50,101 bases of DNA from Octopus bimaculoides (lineage: Eukaryota). Shown here piece by piece: positions 48,165-50,101 of the stretch; the stretch's first letter is position 1, and each line of letters opens with the position of its first letter. The stretch is taken from contig NC_068998.1 in the NCBI RefSeq assembly GCF_001194135.2, positions 42,521,139 to 42,571,239 of the forward strand. Reading direction: 5' to 3'. The notes under the pieces were generated by a model, which saw only the letters and a list, made by a program, of their open reading frames with translations, was not told the DNA's origin and did not search any database. The position numbers and the translations under genes were made by a program.

Positions 48165-48365
48165 TGCTGCTGTTGCCACAGCCACCACCACCACCACCAC
48201 CACCATCACCACCACCACCATCATCATCATCGTCGTCGTCGTCGTCGTTATCGTCCATTTTTTTTTGACAGACGATATATAAAAATTGGAAAACAAATGT
48301 AAAATAGTAACAACAACAACAACGAGGACGACGGTGACGATGATAAAAGCAACAACAGCCACAAC
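48165..48365. repeat. (CAC/CAT/CGT/CAA/GAC)n trinucleotide tracts
   Basis: Directly visible. Confidence 0.85.
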
Positions 48366-48504
48366 CAGAGCAACGTAAACAATATCAACATCATTATTTA
48401 GAAGGCAATCAATGAGTGATGCACTGATTATATTAGTTTTACACAGCAAATGCATCGAACTGCAGAAGAATACACCGCTTTGTAGTAATTACAGATATAA
48501 TATA

Positions 48505-48883
48505 TGGGAATTAGAGGGGAGGGAGAGAAAGAGGAGGAAAGGCGGGGGACGAGAGTGACGGACACAAACGTGACAGACATTGGAAAGGAGAGAGAAAGAG
48601 ACAGTAAGAGAGAGAGAGAGAGAAAGGGAGAGAGAGGGAGAGAGAGAAAGAAAGTGAGAGAGAGGGAGAGAGAGAAAGAAAGTAAGAGAGAGGAGAGAGA
48701 GGGAGTGGTGGAAAAAGATAGAGAATGATTGGGAAGTAGACCGACAGAGAGTAGAAAGAAGAGAGAGAATGAGAGAAAGGTTAACATTAGAAAACAAAGA
48801 TAAAAAAACTGAAGCAGAGATGGAGAGATAGGATGACAGAGGGGAGGGAGATAACGTGAAGTGAGAACTGGAGTAGAAGAGGG

Positions 48884-48927
<44 letters not shown>

Positions 48928-49860
48928 GATGGAATGACGCAGAGATGTGATAAGAAAAGAGAGAGAAGCAGGCATGCAGTGGCAAACAAGGGAAGCGGAG
49001 AGAAAAAGTGAGACAGAGAGGTAGAAAGGCAGAGGGAAAACAGAGATAGATGGAGAGACAGAGAGAACAAAAAGAACCGAGAGAGGTAGATGGCCGAAAG
49101 TGAAACAAACAGAAGGAAGCGAAACAGACACGCGCAGGAAGGGTGATAGAGAAAGTGAAAATGAAAGTAAAATTGAAAGACAAACGGGATAGAAAGTAAT
49201 GAAAGAGAGAGAAACAGATAGAGCGAGAGAGAAGTGGAGAGAAGATAGATAGAGAATGAGAAAGAGAGAGAGAGAGCGGGAGAGGGAGAGATAAACACCG
49301 GCTAAGAGTGCAGGAGAAATATAGGAGGGCAAGAGAGAGATAGAAATAGAAAGTGAGACCAATATAAGGAATAGAAGAGACAAAGAGTGCGGCAAGAGTG
49401 GAAGGGGTGGTATGGAGAAAAGGAGTGAGAGAGGGATAGAGTGAGAAAGAGACGGAGAGATAAGAAAGCGAGAAAAGAAGAAAAATGAAAGGGGAGGGGG
49501 AGGACGAGGACGAGGAAAAAGAGATGATGATGAAGATGAAATAAAAGCGGAAAGGGAGAAAGGAAATCTGTAAGGCTCAGAAAGGGAGGAGAAGGTGGGA
49601 GAGATAGGGTGAGAGAGAGGGGAAGAGGAAGAGGGGAACAGAGAAAGATAGTCAAAGAGAGAGAGAGAGGCGAGAAAGATCGGAAGAAAGAGAGAAAGAG
49701 CAGTGAGAGAGAAGGCGAAAAAGAAGAAAAAGGAAGTTGAAAGACCAAATGAGAAATGGAAGGAAGAAAGATATGTGAGAAGGGGAAGACGGGAAAGATG
49801 AAAGAGGAGAGAGAGAGTGGTGGGGGGAAGTGATAATGGGAGATGGAAGGAGACAATGGG
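48505..49860 (+). repeat. ~1.35-kb polypurine (GA-rich) low-complexity tract
   Basis: The plus strand is overwhelmingly A/G with non-periodic GA/GAA/GGA units. The long Leu/Ser/Phe-rich minus-strand ORFs are a by-product. Confidence 0.92.
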
Positions 49861-50101
49861 GTGGTACCAAAACCACCGCCGCCACCCTCCACCAACCGCA
49901 GCCGCTGCCACCGCCACCACTACCGACACCATCACCATCACCATCACTCCATCACCACCTCCAATGCCCCACCACTAAGCGTATCTCCACTGCTTTTTAC
50001 TGGTTTATCTAATTAACATTGTATTTTTCAGTTGATTTTGTACAGAACTAATTAAAAAAGCGCATAAACATGGACACACACGCACACACACACACACACA
50101 C

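Noticed and set aside
48428-49947. Long Leu/Ser/Phe-rich minus-strand ORFs
   Set aside because: A polypyrimidine strand lacks stop codons by composition.

Overview
Eukaryotic, AT-rich, gap-riddled (13 N-runs) non-coding DNA with no recognisable host protein-coding exon. Almost all ORFs in the supplied track are translations of microsatellites or N-runs. The microsatellite density and the SINE families suggest a coleoid cephalopod, probably Octopus (inference from pattern recognition, not a database search). Contents: two abundant tRNA-derived SINE families (called A and B here) plus a full-length SINE of a third type; three Tc1/mariner remnants; a Tigger-like MITE and several foldback elements; CR1-like, Tx1/L1-like and R4/Dong-like non-LTR fragments; a probable Helitron remnant; and a Penelope-like GIY-YIG endonuclease remnant. 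The most notable signal is a family of four short dispersed elements. Each carries a minimal type I hammerhead-ribozyme-like fold, with compensatory changes in helix I between copies. One copy appears to be inserted, with a 5-bp target duplication, into the Penelope GIY-YIG reading frame. Several SINEs form close inverted pairs (potential dsRNA), and one mostly repeat-free segment carries a CRE/AP-1/octamer motif cluster. Repeat boundaries were read by eye and are approximate unless defined by TIRs or TSDs.
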